From positions 1-44,270 of the IMG/VR virus record IMGVR_UViG_3300037473_000512: 44,270 bases of DNA. The stretch is one strand, 5' to 3'. Shown one piece after another: positions 36,466-43,415 of the stretch. The notes beneath the pieces were generated by a model. The model had not been told where the DNA came from and ran no database searches. It saw nothing but the letters and a program-made list of their open reading frames with translations. This DNA comes from a virus (Duplodnaviria; Caudoviricetes). The position numbers were made by a program, and so were the translations under genes. Every line of letters starts with the position of its first letter. Position 1 is the first letter of the stretch.

Positions 36466-37800
36466 TCACAGAACCGCGGTACGCAATCCACGAATTCCCT
36501 GGAATCCATTATATCTCGCGATCTCACGTTCCAAAAGGTCATCCCACCGGGAGATCATGTCGGAAAGAGAGAAGTTCTTGACAGCCCATTCACGGGCCAT
36601 GAGTCCCACGTTTTTTCGAACAGTCCTGCCCTGCTCGTAGAGTTGGATGAGGCCGCGGACGGCATCCTCGTGAGCGACACGATCGTCATAGATGAACGGG
36701 ATCTGCTGGGAGCCCGTGCAGCTTCTCGACGCCGGAAAGATCGGGACTCCCCACCAACGATGGTTGCCCGCCCTGAACGCCTTCTTGGCGTAGGCGGTCA
36801 TCCTGTCTTGGTCGGTGATGTCCACCGAGAGCTTCCCGTCCTTGTCTTGCCACCAGTCTCCGAGTTGGAACTGAAGGCCACCCGTGAAGTGGGCGACGAT
36901 CGGTGTGCCCGCAAACAACGATTCGAGCGTCCCTAGACCGAATCCCTCGTTCGAGGCCAGGTTGATCGTGCAGTCTGCCACATTGTAGTACTTGTTCATG
37001 TCCTCAGCGTTCACCCTCTGTTCGGAGAGGATGAGCTCAGATTCGCAGCCGAATTCCCGGGCTACCGCGATGATATCCTGGCCCTCGGGATCCTTCGCGG
37101 CGGTGTGCATCATCAGGGAGACGTTCTGCTTCCCGACACGTTCCATGAACTTGGCGAATACCGCGACGATGTCACCGGTGACCTTGCGACGGGCGTTCCG
37201 GTTGTTCCAGAACAGGATGAATTTCTTGTCAGCATGCGGACCATAGTGATCACGCTTGAACTTCTGAACCTCCTCCTCGGGAAGCGGTCTGAAGACGTTG
37301 TGATCGAGACCATGGGGCAGATACTCACAACGATCGTAACCGAGGTCCTGCAGGAGTCCCTGAGTCTTCAGGGAGATCGAAGCGACGTAATCGGTCGACT
37401 CGTAGAGCACCTTGTTGAACCTCGGCGTCGGATCGTTGTCCCAGACATGCCAGTAGACCATCGGGCAGATCTGCCGGATCTCGTCCTCAATCTCCCAGAG
37501 CCAGTAATAGAAACGAGGATCGGTGATGAACACCAGGGCGTCCGGACGTTCGACCATCAACACCTGTCGGATGATGTTCTTGTCGCCATATCCCTGGACG
37601 GGAATGATCAGCCAGTCGTCCCCGTAGCCCTCAACCTTCTGCGGTCGGCTGTCGGGATGTTGGATGGCGCCGCCGAGACAGATGAACTGATACTTGCCAG
37701 TCTTGAGGAGTCCTTCGATCATATACCGGGCCTGGGTACCGACTCCGGAAGGGACAAGGGGATGATCTGAGATGAGGACGATCTTACGCTTCTGGGCCAT
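36466..37800 (-). CDS. Glycosyltransferase GT4
   Basis: ISDHPLVPSGVGTQA, LPHGLD, NNRNARRK, ASNEGFGLGTLESLFAGTPIV. Confidence 0.85.
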   Translation of the reverse strand: MAQKRKIVLISDHPLVPSGVGTQARYMIEGLLKTGKYQFICLGGAIQHPDSRPQKVEGYGDDWLIIPVQGYGDKNIIRQVLMVERPDALVFITDPRFYYWLWEIEDEIRQICPMVYWHVWDNDPTPRFNKVLYESTDYVASISLKTQGLLQDLGYDRCEYLPHGLDHNVFRPLPEEEVQKFKRDHYGPHADKKFILFWNNRNARRKVTGDIVAVFAKFMERVGKQNVSLMMHTAAKDPEGQDIIAVAREFGCESELILSEQRVNAEDMNKYYNVADCTINLASNEGFGLGTLESLFAGTPIVAHFTGGLQFQLGDWWQDKDGKLSVDITDQDRMTAYAKKAFRAGNHRWWGVPIFPASRSCTGSQQIPFIYDDRVAHEDAVRGLIQLYEQGRTVRKNVGLMAREWAVKNFSLSDMISRWDDLLEREIARYNGFQGIRGLRTAVL

Positions 37801-37813
37801 GCCCTACATAGCG

Positions 37814-38095
37814 TTACTTCTTACGCAGAGGGCACTGAAGCTTGTCGGCCGCGTTAACGGCATCATCCATCGCGGGAAATGTGGCGATCTTCCGATCTGA
37901 ACACCATGCCCGATAACCCCAAAGTTTGTACATCGGGAGATCAGAAACGTTATCCAGCTGGATGTAACAATACTCGATGTGACCATCGGCTCGGGCAGAC
38001 TGTACGATGGTTACCCCTGTGAATATCACCAATCCGCAGATGATCAACCCGCCCAGGATCAAGAAAAATCGAGAAACGTAATCTACGAGTTCCAT
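37814..38095 (-). CDS. Small membrane protein, paralogue 1
   Basis: One TM helix, then GHIEYCYIQ...YKLWG..W..D...AADKLQCPLRK. Confidence 0.7.
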   Translation of the reverse strand: MELVDYVSRFFLILGGLIICGLVIFTGVTIVQSARADGHIEYCYIQLDNVSDLPMYKLWGYRAWCSDRKIATFPAMDDAVNAADKLQCPLRKK

Positions 38096-38096
38096 C

Positions 38097-38435
38097 TCAC
38101 TTCACTTTCAGCGGACAATCGATCTTGGCGGCCGCCTGCACGACTTCATCGAATGTAGACGTGACGATGAGGCGGATGTCGTTTCCCCACGGAACGTGAC
38201 CGCTGAGCTCATAGAGCCGATTGGTCTGACCACTTGGAACCCATGACTGAATGTAACAAAAATCGATCTTCCCAGAAGTTGAGGTCGCTACTCCATGCAT
38301 CACGTAGAAGATCAGAGACGAGAGGGAGATCACGAGGAAGGCGGCGAAAGCGTATCCGAACCAGGGAACGATGACGCCCGAGTCCAGATCCTGGAGAAAC
38401 GAATTGATGCCCTTCGCGATCTTTCCCATCTTCAT
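38097..38435 (-). CDS. Small membrane protein, paralogue 2
   Basis: One TM helix, then GKIDFCYIQ...YELSG..W..D...AAAKIDCPLKVK. Confidence 0.7.
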   Translation of the reverse strand: MKMGKIAKGINSFLQDLDSGVIVPWFGYAFAAFLVISLSSLIFYVMHGVATSTSGKIDFCYIQSWVPSGQTNRLYELSGHVPWGNDIRLIVTSTFDEVVQAAAKIDCPLKVK

Positions 38436-39448
38436 CCCTTCTTCTGGAGAAGCTTGGCCCTCAGCTCCGCCGTGGTCTTGTGGATGTCCCGGGGACCGTC
38501 GTTCCCCTTGGTGGCCTTGGATCCCATCTTACCACGTTTTTCGGACAGTTCCAGGATTTTCCGCTCGACCTGATCGTTTTTTCCCGGGCAGGCGTCGGTG
38601 TTGTAGTGGGCGCAGATGTCGCCGTACTCACTGACACATCCGTTTCGATTCTTCTCCCAACTCTCGTTCCGAGTGGTCTCGACCATCTCGGAGATTGTCT
38701 TGTTCAGGAAGTCGATCGCCCGTTGGACGCTGATCGGACCCGCGGAGACTGGAAAGAACTCCACCGGGGTCACCTTGGGAGGGGGCCGTTTCTTCAGGAG
38801 GACGAAAGCGGTGCGGACCTGCTTGGGATCGATGTCGAACTTCTTGCAGAAGAAATACTTGTAGAGGAAGATCTGAAACTGGAGGAACCTGTCCTCCCTC
38901 TTCTCCCTGGTCCAACCGAACGAACAGGTCTTGAAGTCACAGATGTAGATGATCGACTTTCCACGCTTGTCCTTGGTCTTGATGACGAAGTCGATGAATC
39001 CCTTGAACTTGATCTGGATCCCATCGGTCCGGTCGATGAGATCGAAGAGCGGATACTCGTTATAGATCACCTCGGCATCGGCCAGCTCCTGGCACTCGTG
39101 GAGACGGGTGAGGATGTTGAGACCCGCGACAACGAAGAAGTCCTTGGGACCACTGAACTTCTTTGGATCGAAGTTGAGGTCCCTCTCGGAGTACTGCTTG
39201 TGGTTCTTGAGGAAGAGGAGACCGAAATACTTCAGGAAGATCTTCTTCGACTTTTCCAGGTCCACCGGACGTTTCCTGGTACGATGGCGCTCGATGGCCC
39301 CGTGCATCGCGGTCCCGAAGTCCATGTGGATCGAGAAGATCTTCCGGCGGTTCCCCTCCAGGTCCTCGATCTTCCAGCGATGTTGGCAGTCCCGAGCGAA
39401 CTTCATGAGCTCGGAGTACGATACGTGCGGGCGGGTGAATTCGGCCAC
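38432..39448 (-). CDS. PD-(D/E)XK exonuclease, Cas4/RecB/AddB-like
   Basis: SYSEL...C..RW, FGTAMH, FKGFIDFV, ICDFKT, QIFLY, C-terminal C..C..C cluster. Confidence 0.85.
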   Translation of the reverse strand: MAEFTRPHVSYSELMKFARDCQHRWKIEDLEGNRRKIFSIHMDFGTAMHGAIERHRTRKRPVDLEKSKKIFLKYFGLLFLKNHKQYSERDLNFDPKKFSGPKDFFVVAGLNILTRLHECQELADAEVIYNEYPLFDLIDRTDGIQIKFKGFIDFVIKTKDKRGKSIIYICDFKTCSFGWTREKREDRFLQFQIFLYKYFFCKKFDIDPKQVRTAFVLLKKRPPPKVTPVEFFPVSAGPISVQRAIDFLNKTISEMVETTRNESWEKNRNGCVSEYGDICAHYNTDACPGKNDQVERKILELSEKRGKMGSKATKGNDGPRDIHKTTAELRAKLLQKKG

Positions 39449-39462
39449 AGAGGGCCTCGCTT

Positions 39463-39882
39463 TCAGTGGATCTCGTCGATGACGATGGCGGTGAGCTCGG
39501 CGGCGACGAAGCGCTTGTGCATGTCCTCCTTGAGCTCTCGGACGGAATTGACATGGACGACCTTGCGGGCCTTCCCCTGCCAGAGGATCTCGTTGGAAGC
39601 CAACTCGACAGAAGAGGCGGCCTCATCGTGCTTCTTCTTCCAGGCCTTGGCGTCATTGACGGCATCCTGATGAAGCTTCTTCTCTTTCTCGAGAAGATCC
39701 AGTGTCGTCTTCAGAACATCGTTTTCCTGCAATGCCCCGGCCGTGACCTTCGAAAGCTGATCCTTCAGGTCGGTGATCTCCTGCAACAGGGCCGCGTTGT
39801 CTCCAGTCTTCAAGGGTTCAAGCTCGGACAGCTGCTTCTTCAGGACCTCGTTCTCTGTTTCCAGTTCTTGCTTCGTCGCCAT
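39463..39882 (-). CDS. Coiled-coil hypothetical protein
   Basis: Heptad L/E/K pattern; AGGAGG RBS upstream. Confidence 0.7.
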   Translation of the reverse strand: MATKQELETENEVLKKQLSELEPLKTGDNAALLQEITDLKDQLSKVTAGALQENDVLKTTLDLLEKEKKLHQDAVNDAKAWKKKHDEAASSVELASNEILWQGKARKVVHVNSVRELKEDMHKRFVAAELTAIVIDEIH

Positions 39883-39889
39883 CGTGTGT

Positions 39890-40071
39890 GATCCTCCTAT
39901 AGATCTAAACTTATACAGATCGTACAGTATATTAAGATCGTTCTTAATTCCTGTAGCGGCTCCGCACGCCCCTTAATTATGTTGATCTCCAAATACAACA
40001 GATCCCAACAAAGTGCTGCGTAGGATCTTAATTATGATCTAAGATCTATACAGGAGATCCGAGATGCGATC
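39890..40071. other. AT-rich divergent intergenic region with 11 GATC sites (candidate origin/regulatory region)
   Basis: GATC at 39890, 39902, 39918, 39936, 39984, 40001, 40024, 40036, 40043, 40056, 40068; CTTAATT three times. Confidence 0.5.
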
Positions 40072-40582
40072 TTTCGTTCCAAGACTTCTTGAATTCTTCA
40101 TGGGAGAGGCTCCAGTAGATGACGAGGGACAACCCCTCAGGTCTCAGGATCCCTTCGCTCCTCCCGTCCAACACAAGGCTGTCGGATCCAATCCCGGAGG
40201 GATAAGGGCGACTCCAAAACAGTCCGACAAGACGATGGATGCTCTGACCCAACCAGGCGCTCAGAAGGTCGGACAGGCCGGTTACAGGCCATCGTCGAGT
40301 GCTCCCCGAGGTCCTCAGGGAAACCAAAATGGTCAGGGTGGTGGTTCCACCCAACAGCTGGCCAAGCCCAACTACAGGGGGTCGTACGTTGGACAGACAC
40401 AGACCACCAACGGTCAGCACACGTACAAGAACGTCAGCTGGCAGAAGAAGGGTTCGGACGAGAGGGGGTTCGGGAAAGTACCGTCGATGCAGAAGGCGAC
40501 GGTCGTCTGGGATGGAAACGATTGGATCTCTCAGGACGAGTTCGATCGGAAGGCGAGACTGGGACAGCTGAAGAAGAAGTGA
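40064..40582 (+). CDS. G/Q/P-rich hypothetical protein (only convincing plus-strand gene)
   Basis: AGGAG RBS; no competing minus-strand gene; low-complexity middle with a Trp-containing C-terminal domain. Confidence 0.65.
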   Translation: MRSFVPRLLEFFMGEAPVDDEGQPLRSQDPFAPPVQHKAVGSNPGGIRATPKQSDKTMDALTQPGAQKVGQAGYRPSSSAPRGPQGNQNGQGGGSTQQLAKPNYRGSYVGQTQTTNGQHTYKNVSWQKKGSDERGFGKVPSMQKATVVWDGNDWISQDEFDRKARLGQLKKK

Positions 40583-40651
40583 CCCCGCGGAGTGTCGATC
40601 TCCGTTCCTCAGGTTGAGAACCTGATATCCTAGCCGGTAGACGACGGGGCC
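40580..40651 (-). tRNA. tRNA-Glu(CTC)
   Basis: GGCCCCG/CGGGGTC acceptor; TCAGG-TTCTCAA-CCTGA; T-arm CGGAG-ATCGACA-CTCCG (atypical A54). Confidence 0.8.
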
Positions 40652-40655
40652 AAGG

Positions 40656-40724
40656 GAGAGAGGGAAACCCGACAGTCACCGTGCACGGCCTGCCGAAGTT
40701 TTACAAGAGAAAGCAACCTCTCTC
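40656..40724 (-). ncRNA. Closed-stem structured RNA candidate A (69 nt)
   Basis: GAGAGAGG/CCTCTCTC terminal stem; internal CGGCAG/CTGTCG stem capped by GCCG-TGCA-CGGT; fills the Cys-Glu tRNA spacer. Confidence 0.45.
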
Positions 40725-40726
40725 GG

Positions 40727-40795
40727 AGGGCCTGCCGGGAATCGAACCCGGGTGTTCCGATTTTGCAGATCGGACGATCTCCTGGACTCAGGCCC
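40727..40795 (-). tRNA. tRNA-Cys(GCA), short D-arm
   Basis: GGGCCTG/CAGGCCC, U73; CCGAT-CTGCAAA-ATCGG; CCGGG-TTCGATT-CCCGG. Confidence 0.85.
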
Positions 40796-40819
40796 AATGA
40801 TAGTCGAAGAAACGAATAG

Positions 40820-40892
40820 CTTACCCTACGGGAATTGAACCCGTGACATCCGACTTAACAGGTCGACGCTCTAACCTCTGAGCTAAGGGCAA
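40820..40892 (-). tRNA. tRNA-Asn(GTT)
   Basis: Full cloverleaf; TCGAC-CTGTTAA-GTCGG; G73. Confidence 0.9.
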
Positions 40893-40898
40893 GATCTT

Positions 40899-40967
40899 GG
40901 TTCCCCCGGCGAGGGGCCGCTACCACGATCACTCGTGTGTTTCGCCCAGACGTTCCTTCCGGGGACC
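40899..40967 (-). ncRNA. Closed-stem structured RNA candidate B (69 nt)
   Basis: GGT+CCCCGG / CCGGGG+(GA bulge)+ACC terminal stem; internal CACGA-GTGA-TCGTG GNRA hairpin; fills the Asn-Asn spacer. Confidence 0.45.
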
Positions 40968-40969
40968 TG

Positions 40970-41041
40970 CTCCAGGGAGAGGACTCGAACCTCTATAGCC
41001 TCCGTTAACAGCGGAGTCCACTACCATTGTGCTACCCTGGA
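40970..41041 (-). tRNA. tRNA-Asn(GTT)
   Basis: TCCAGGG/CCCTGGA; CTCCG-CTGTTAA-CGGAG; AGAGG-TTCGAGT-CCTCT. Confidence 0.9.
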
Positions 41042-41049
41042 ATGGGACT

Positions 41050-41637
41050 TTACGTCCAGAGATACTTCCTCACCTTCATCAGGCGATCGAACATCTCGTC
41101 ATCTTTCTGATCGAGCTCTTCGCTTCGTCTACAATACTCTTGCCAACCGGGGCCCCGATAACCTTCCGTATCGATCGCCGCCAGATCTTCGTGATCCTTC
41201 TTCCGACCAGATTTCCACCAATCGTAGATCTCCTTGATCTCCCTGGCGACAGCCTGGTGTTCGTCGTTCCAATCCCAATCGATGTACTTGAAGGGCTCTT
41301 CCTTCTCGACATAATCGACCAGGAGGGAGAAACAGGCGATCCACATGGCGTGGTCACGATCGATCCACCCCCACTTGTAGTCGCCATGACCCCGGAGATC
41401 GATGATGTGGTAGCGGTTCCACGTGTGGCAACGGACCCAGTGGTACGCCCCGACGAGACCACCGCCATGGTAACGACCCCAGATCCTGTACCTGAAGAAA
41501 TCCTGAATGTCGTGTCGGATCCGCGTGAGCTTCTTCCTGAAGGTCAGCTGTCGAAAGGGCCGCATACGTTCCTTCCTCTCTTCTTCAAGACGAACCAACA
41601 GATCGTCGAAGCTCGTCAGCTCTTCTTTTTCTTCCAT
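41050..41637 (-). CDS. Hypothetical phage protein (195 aa)
   Basis: Start at MEEKEEL directly after tRNA-Thr; YKWGWIDRD...EIKEIYDWWK...RLMKVRKYLWT. Confidence 0.75.
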   Translation of the reverse strand: MEEKEELTSFDDLLVRLEEERKERMRPFRQLTFRKKLTRIRHDIQDFFRYRIWGRYHGGGLVGAYHWVRCHTWNRYHIIDLRGHGDYKWGWIDRDHAMWIACFSLLVDYVEKEEPFKYIDWDWNDEHQAVAREIKEIYDWWKSGRKKDHEDLAAIDTEGYRGPGWQEYCRRSEELDQKDDEMFDRLMKVRKYLWT

Positions 41638-41640
41638 TCG

Positions 41641-41711
41641 AGCCCCATCGGAGAATCGAACTCCGGTCCCCTGATTACGAAACAGGTGCCCTACCACTGG
41701 ACGAAAGGGGC
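41641..41711 (-). tRNA. tRNA-Thr(CGT)
   Basis: Cloverleaf; loop TTCGTAA; CGGAG-TTCGATT-CTCCG. Confidence 0.85.
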
Positions 41712-41715
41712 GTTG

Positions 41716-41799
41716 AGGAGGGCGGAGGAATCGAACCTCAACCTGACGATCCAAAGGCTTAGCAAGCCCCGCCGGCGTTCCCAGGCCGGATCGCCCTCC
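41716..41799 (-). tRNA. tRNA-Ser(GCT)
   Basis: GGAGGGC/GCCCTCC; GGGGC-TTGCTAA-GCCTT; long variable arm; TTCGATT loop. Confidence 0.8.
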
Positions 41800-41869
41800 A
41801 AACCCGCACAGCACCCCTGCAAGGGTGTCGAGGCGGTAAACCATACGGTTGCAGCCATCATGGTTTTCG

Positions 41870-41940
41870 TGCCTCCGGACGGACATCGAACCGTCGAGCT
41901 CAGACTTATGAGGTCTGTCTTACCGACCTGGTTCGGAGGC
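41870..41940 (-). tRNA. tRNA with CAT anticodon (elongator Met or Ile2), short D-arm, 8-nt T-loop
   Basis: GCCTCCG/CGGAGGC; CAGAC-CTCATAA-GTCTG; GACGG-TTCGATGT-CCGTC. Confidence 0.75.
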
Positions 41941-41942
41941 AT

Positions 41943-42020
41943 TGGTTGCGGCCGGAGAACTTGCGTCTCCTGAGTGTCCCCGGGGTATGAGCCCAGTCGC
42001 CTCTATTGGCATTAGCCGCT
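41943..42020 (-). tRNA. Initiator-type tRNA-fMet(CAT), atypical T-loop
   Basis: 1:72 mismatch (A:A), three G-C pairs in CTGGG-CTCATAC-CCCGG, T-loop CGCAAGT, encoded ACCA end. Confidence 0.75.
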
Positions 42021-42021
42021 G

Positions 42022-42094
42022 AGCTGATGGTCAGATTCGAACTGACTGCCTCGCCCTTACCAAGGGCTTGCACATCCAGATGTGCTTCACCAGC
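42022..42094 (-). tRNA. tRNA-Thr(GGT)
   Basis: Cloverleaf; GCCC-TTGGTAA-GGGC; GTCAG-TTCGAAT-CTGAC. Confidence 0.9.
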
Positions 42095-42101
42095 AATACT
42101 G

Positions 42102-42174
42102 AGCCCCCAGCCGGCATCGAACCGACGACCTTTCCCTTACAAGGGGATTGCTCTGCCATCTGAGCTATGAGGGC
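42102..42174 (-). tRNA. tRNA-Thr(TGT)
   Basis: Cloverleaf; TCCC-CTTGTAA-GGGA; TTCGATG T-loop. Confidence 0.9.
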
Positions 42175-42185
42175 AAGAAAAAGTT

Positions 42186-42332
42186 GGACTGCCTGACCGC
42201 CACAACATCGGTCAGATTTGTTGGGGAACTGATCGGCCGCCCCTGTTGGGATACGCACCTTGGTCCGAGTACTTGCTGTACGGGCTCCCTCCCTGCTCAT
42301 TGCAGGTGGTTTCCTCGGAGATGCAACAGTCC
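42186..42332 (-). ncRNA. Closed-stem structured RNA candidate C (147 nt)
   Basis: GGACTGTT/GGCAGTCC terminal stem; CCTGC-AATGA-GCAGG and CTGACCG-ATGTTGTGG-CGGTCAG hairpins; followed by a U-tract. Confidence 0.45.
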
Positions 42333-42334
42333 AG

Positions 42335-42406
42335 AGCACCGTGCCGGGATCGAACCGGCCTGATCCTGCTTGGAAGGCAGGCACACAGCCACTATGTCAA
42401 CGGTGC
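42335..42406 (-). tRNA. tRNA-Gly(TCC)
   Basis: GCACCGT/ACGGTGC; CCTGC-CTTCCAA-GCAGG; U73. Confidence 0.9.
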
Positions 42407-42410
42407 AAAA

Positions 42411-42531
42411 GGTGTAGTGTCCCGACTTTGATCCCTTGCAAGGGGATTACCACGCCACATCCCGCTGGATAATCGCGAATCACCAGACAGGAAGGTCGGC
42501 CAAGCTTTCAGACCTCCAAATGGACCACACC
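42411..42531 (-). ncRNA. Closed-stem structured RNA candidate D (121 nt)
   Basis: GGTGTG+GTCC / GGAC+(AC bulge)+TACACC terminal stem; internal hairpins GGAGGTC/GACCTTCC, CTGGTGAT/ATTATCCAG and ATCCC-CTTGCAA-GGGAT; followed by TTTT. Confidence 0.5.
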
Positions 42532-42533
42532 GG

Positions 42534-42604
42534 AGCGAGATGCGGGAATCGAACCCGCGAATCCTCCTTGGGAAGGAGGCAGGTTGCCACTACATCAATC
42601 TCGC
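42534..42604 (-). tRNA. tRNA-Gly(CCC)
   Basis: GCGAGAT/ATCTCGC; CCTCC-TTCCCAA-GGAGG. Confidence 0.9.
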
Positions 42605-42608
42605 ATCG

Positions 42609-42679
42609 TGCAGGTGGAGAGAATCGAACTCTCGCTTCCGACTTGGCAAGCCGGCTTTCTACCACTGAAACACACCTGC
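42609..42679 (-). tRNA. tRNA-Gly(GCC)
   Basis: GCAGGTG/CACCTGC; CCGGC-TTGCCAA-GTCGG; A73. Confidence 0.9.
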
Positions 42680-42706
42680 ATGATCCCCCGAAGGGGATGG
42701 TACCTC

Positions 42707-42910
42707 TCAACAACAGCCGGCGTTTGGAAAGATGATCTCGTTCTCCTCGGGATCGCCGAGGAGCCTGTAGACCAGATCGGGCTGCTTTCCCTTGCAGGAC
42801 TCGTTGGTTTCCCACGCTTCCTCAAGGGAGCTCGCGACGATCATGAGCCCACCGCCATCGTGCCAGTTGTCCGTCAGTCCTTCGAGAGAATACCAGATGT
42901 ACATTTCCAT
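42707..42910 (-). CDS. Hypothetical protein (67 aa)
   Basis: GAGGT RBS; fills the tRNA spacer; DNWHDGGGLMIVASSLEEA...IIFPNAGCC. Confidence 0.65.
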   Translation of the reverse strand: MEMYIWYSLEGLTDNWHDGGGLMIVASSLEEAWETNESCKGKQPDLVYRLLGDPEENEIIFPNAGCC

Positions 42911-42949
42911 GGGTCACCTCTATGGTGACTCTGACCCCGTACATCATCG

Positions 42950-43022
42950 TCCGCGTGGAGAGATTCGAACTCCCGGCTGCATGCTCCCAAAGCATGCCGT
43001 CTGACCGCTGACTTACACGCGG
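42950..43022 (-). tRNA. tRNA-Pro(TGG)
   Basis: CCGCGTG/CACGCGG; CATGC-TTTGGGA-GCATG. Confidence 0.9.
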
Positions 43023-43108
43023 ATGGTTGAGGGTACGGGTACGGCCCCCTCTGCCGGTTGACTTCTCGACACCCGCTGTGAGCCAACAGACCCGTCGGCT
43101 CTGTCTGT

Positions 43109-43264
43109 CTACTTCTTGTGCTTCTTGCCGGAACGGCAGATGTCACAGGCCACGTACTGCGGCCTGGGGTCCTTGCTGTTCCAAGCGATCGGCGCCAGGA
43201 TCGGTTTCCCGCTCTTCGGGCACTCTCCGACCTTCTCGTACTCAAACCCATTCCTCTGAGACAT
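43109..43264 (-). CDS. Small zinc-ribbon-like protein (51 aa; below ORF-track cutoff)
   Basis: GGAGG RBS; MSQRNGFEYEKVGECPKSGKPILAPIAWNSKDPRPQYVACDICRSGKKHKK*. Confidence 0.6.
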   Translation of the reverse strand: MSQRNGFEYEKVGECPKSGKPILAPIAWNSKDPRPQYVACDICRSGKKHKK

Positions 43265-43330
43265 GATGGTAACCTCCACGATGAATGGAGGTCGTTAGCC
43301 GTACTTCATGTTCCCTTCTCCTATCAAAAG

Positions 43331-43407
43331 TCCAAGTGAGACGATTCGAACGTCCGACCCCTCCGCCCCAAACGGAGTGCTCTAAACCAGGCTGGAGCTA
43401 CACTCGG
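43331..43407 (-). tRNA. tRNA-Pro(TGG)
   Basis: CCGAGTG/CACTTGG; CTCCG-TTTGGGG-CGGAG; TTCGAAT. Confidence 0.85.
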
Positions 43408-43415
43408 ATTACGAA

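Noticed and set aside
18626-37800. Bacterial LPS/capsule locus on a chromosome or simple prophage boundary
   Set aside because: No transport or membrane assembly genes, no housekeeping genes or integrase; continuous strand, coupling and codon style with flanking phage genes, and invaded by phage-type homing endonucleases.
268-39891. Numerous long plus-strand ORFs (e.g. 6398-7714, 17044-18312, 20442-21584, 38480-39670)
   Set aside because: Antisense shadows of well-supported minus-strand genes in GC-rich, codon-biased DNA; no recognisable motifs.
38432-40100. CRISPR array or mini-array near the Cas4-like gene
   Set aside because: No regularly spaced direct repeats of 25-40 nt are visible.
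40899-40970. Possible HDV-like (theta) ribozyme or SRP RNA after tRNA-Asn (CGG-CCCCTCG-CCG, CTGGGCGAA, CAGGTCCCCGGAAGGAA)
   Set aside because: HDV elements are in the wrong order (no GG...CGAA-P2' after P1'); the SRP-like stretch lacks the AGCAG side and the long stem. Kept only as an unclassified RNA.
41638-41886. N-terminal 83 aa of the 278-aa ORF in the track
   Set aside because: Runs through tRNA-Thr, tRNA-Ser and the end of the CAT tRNA; the more plausible start is MEEKEEL at 41637.
43024-43108. Spacer ending in ACCA with hairpin GAGCCGAC/GTTGGCTC as a further tRNA-like RNA
   Set aside because: No cloverleaf, T-loop or end-to-end stem; could be only an mRNA 3' hairpin.
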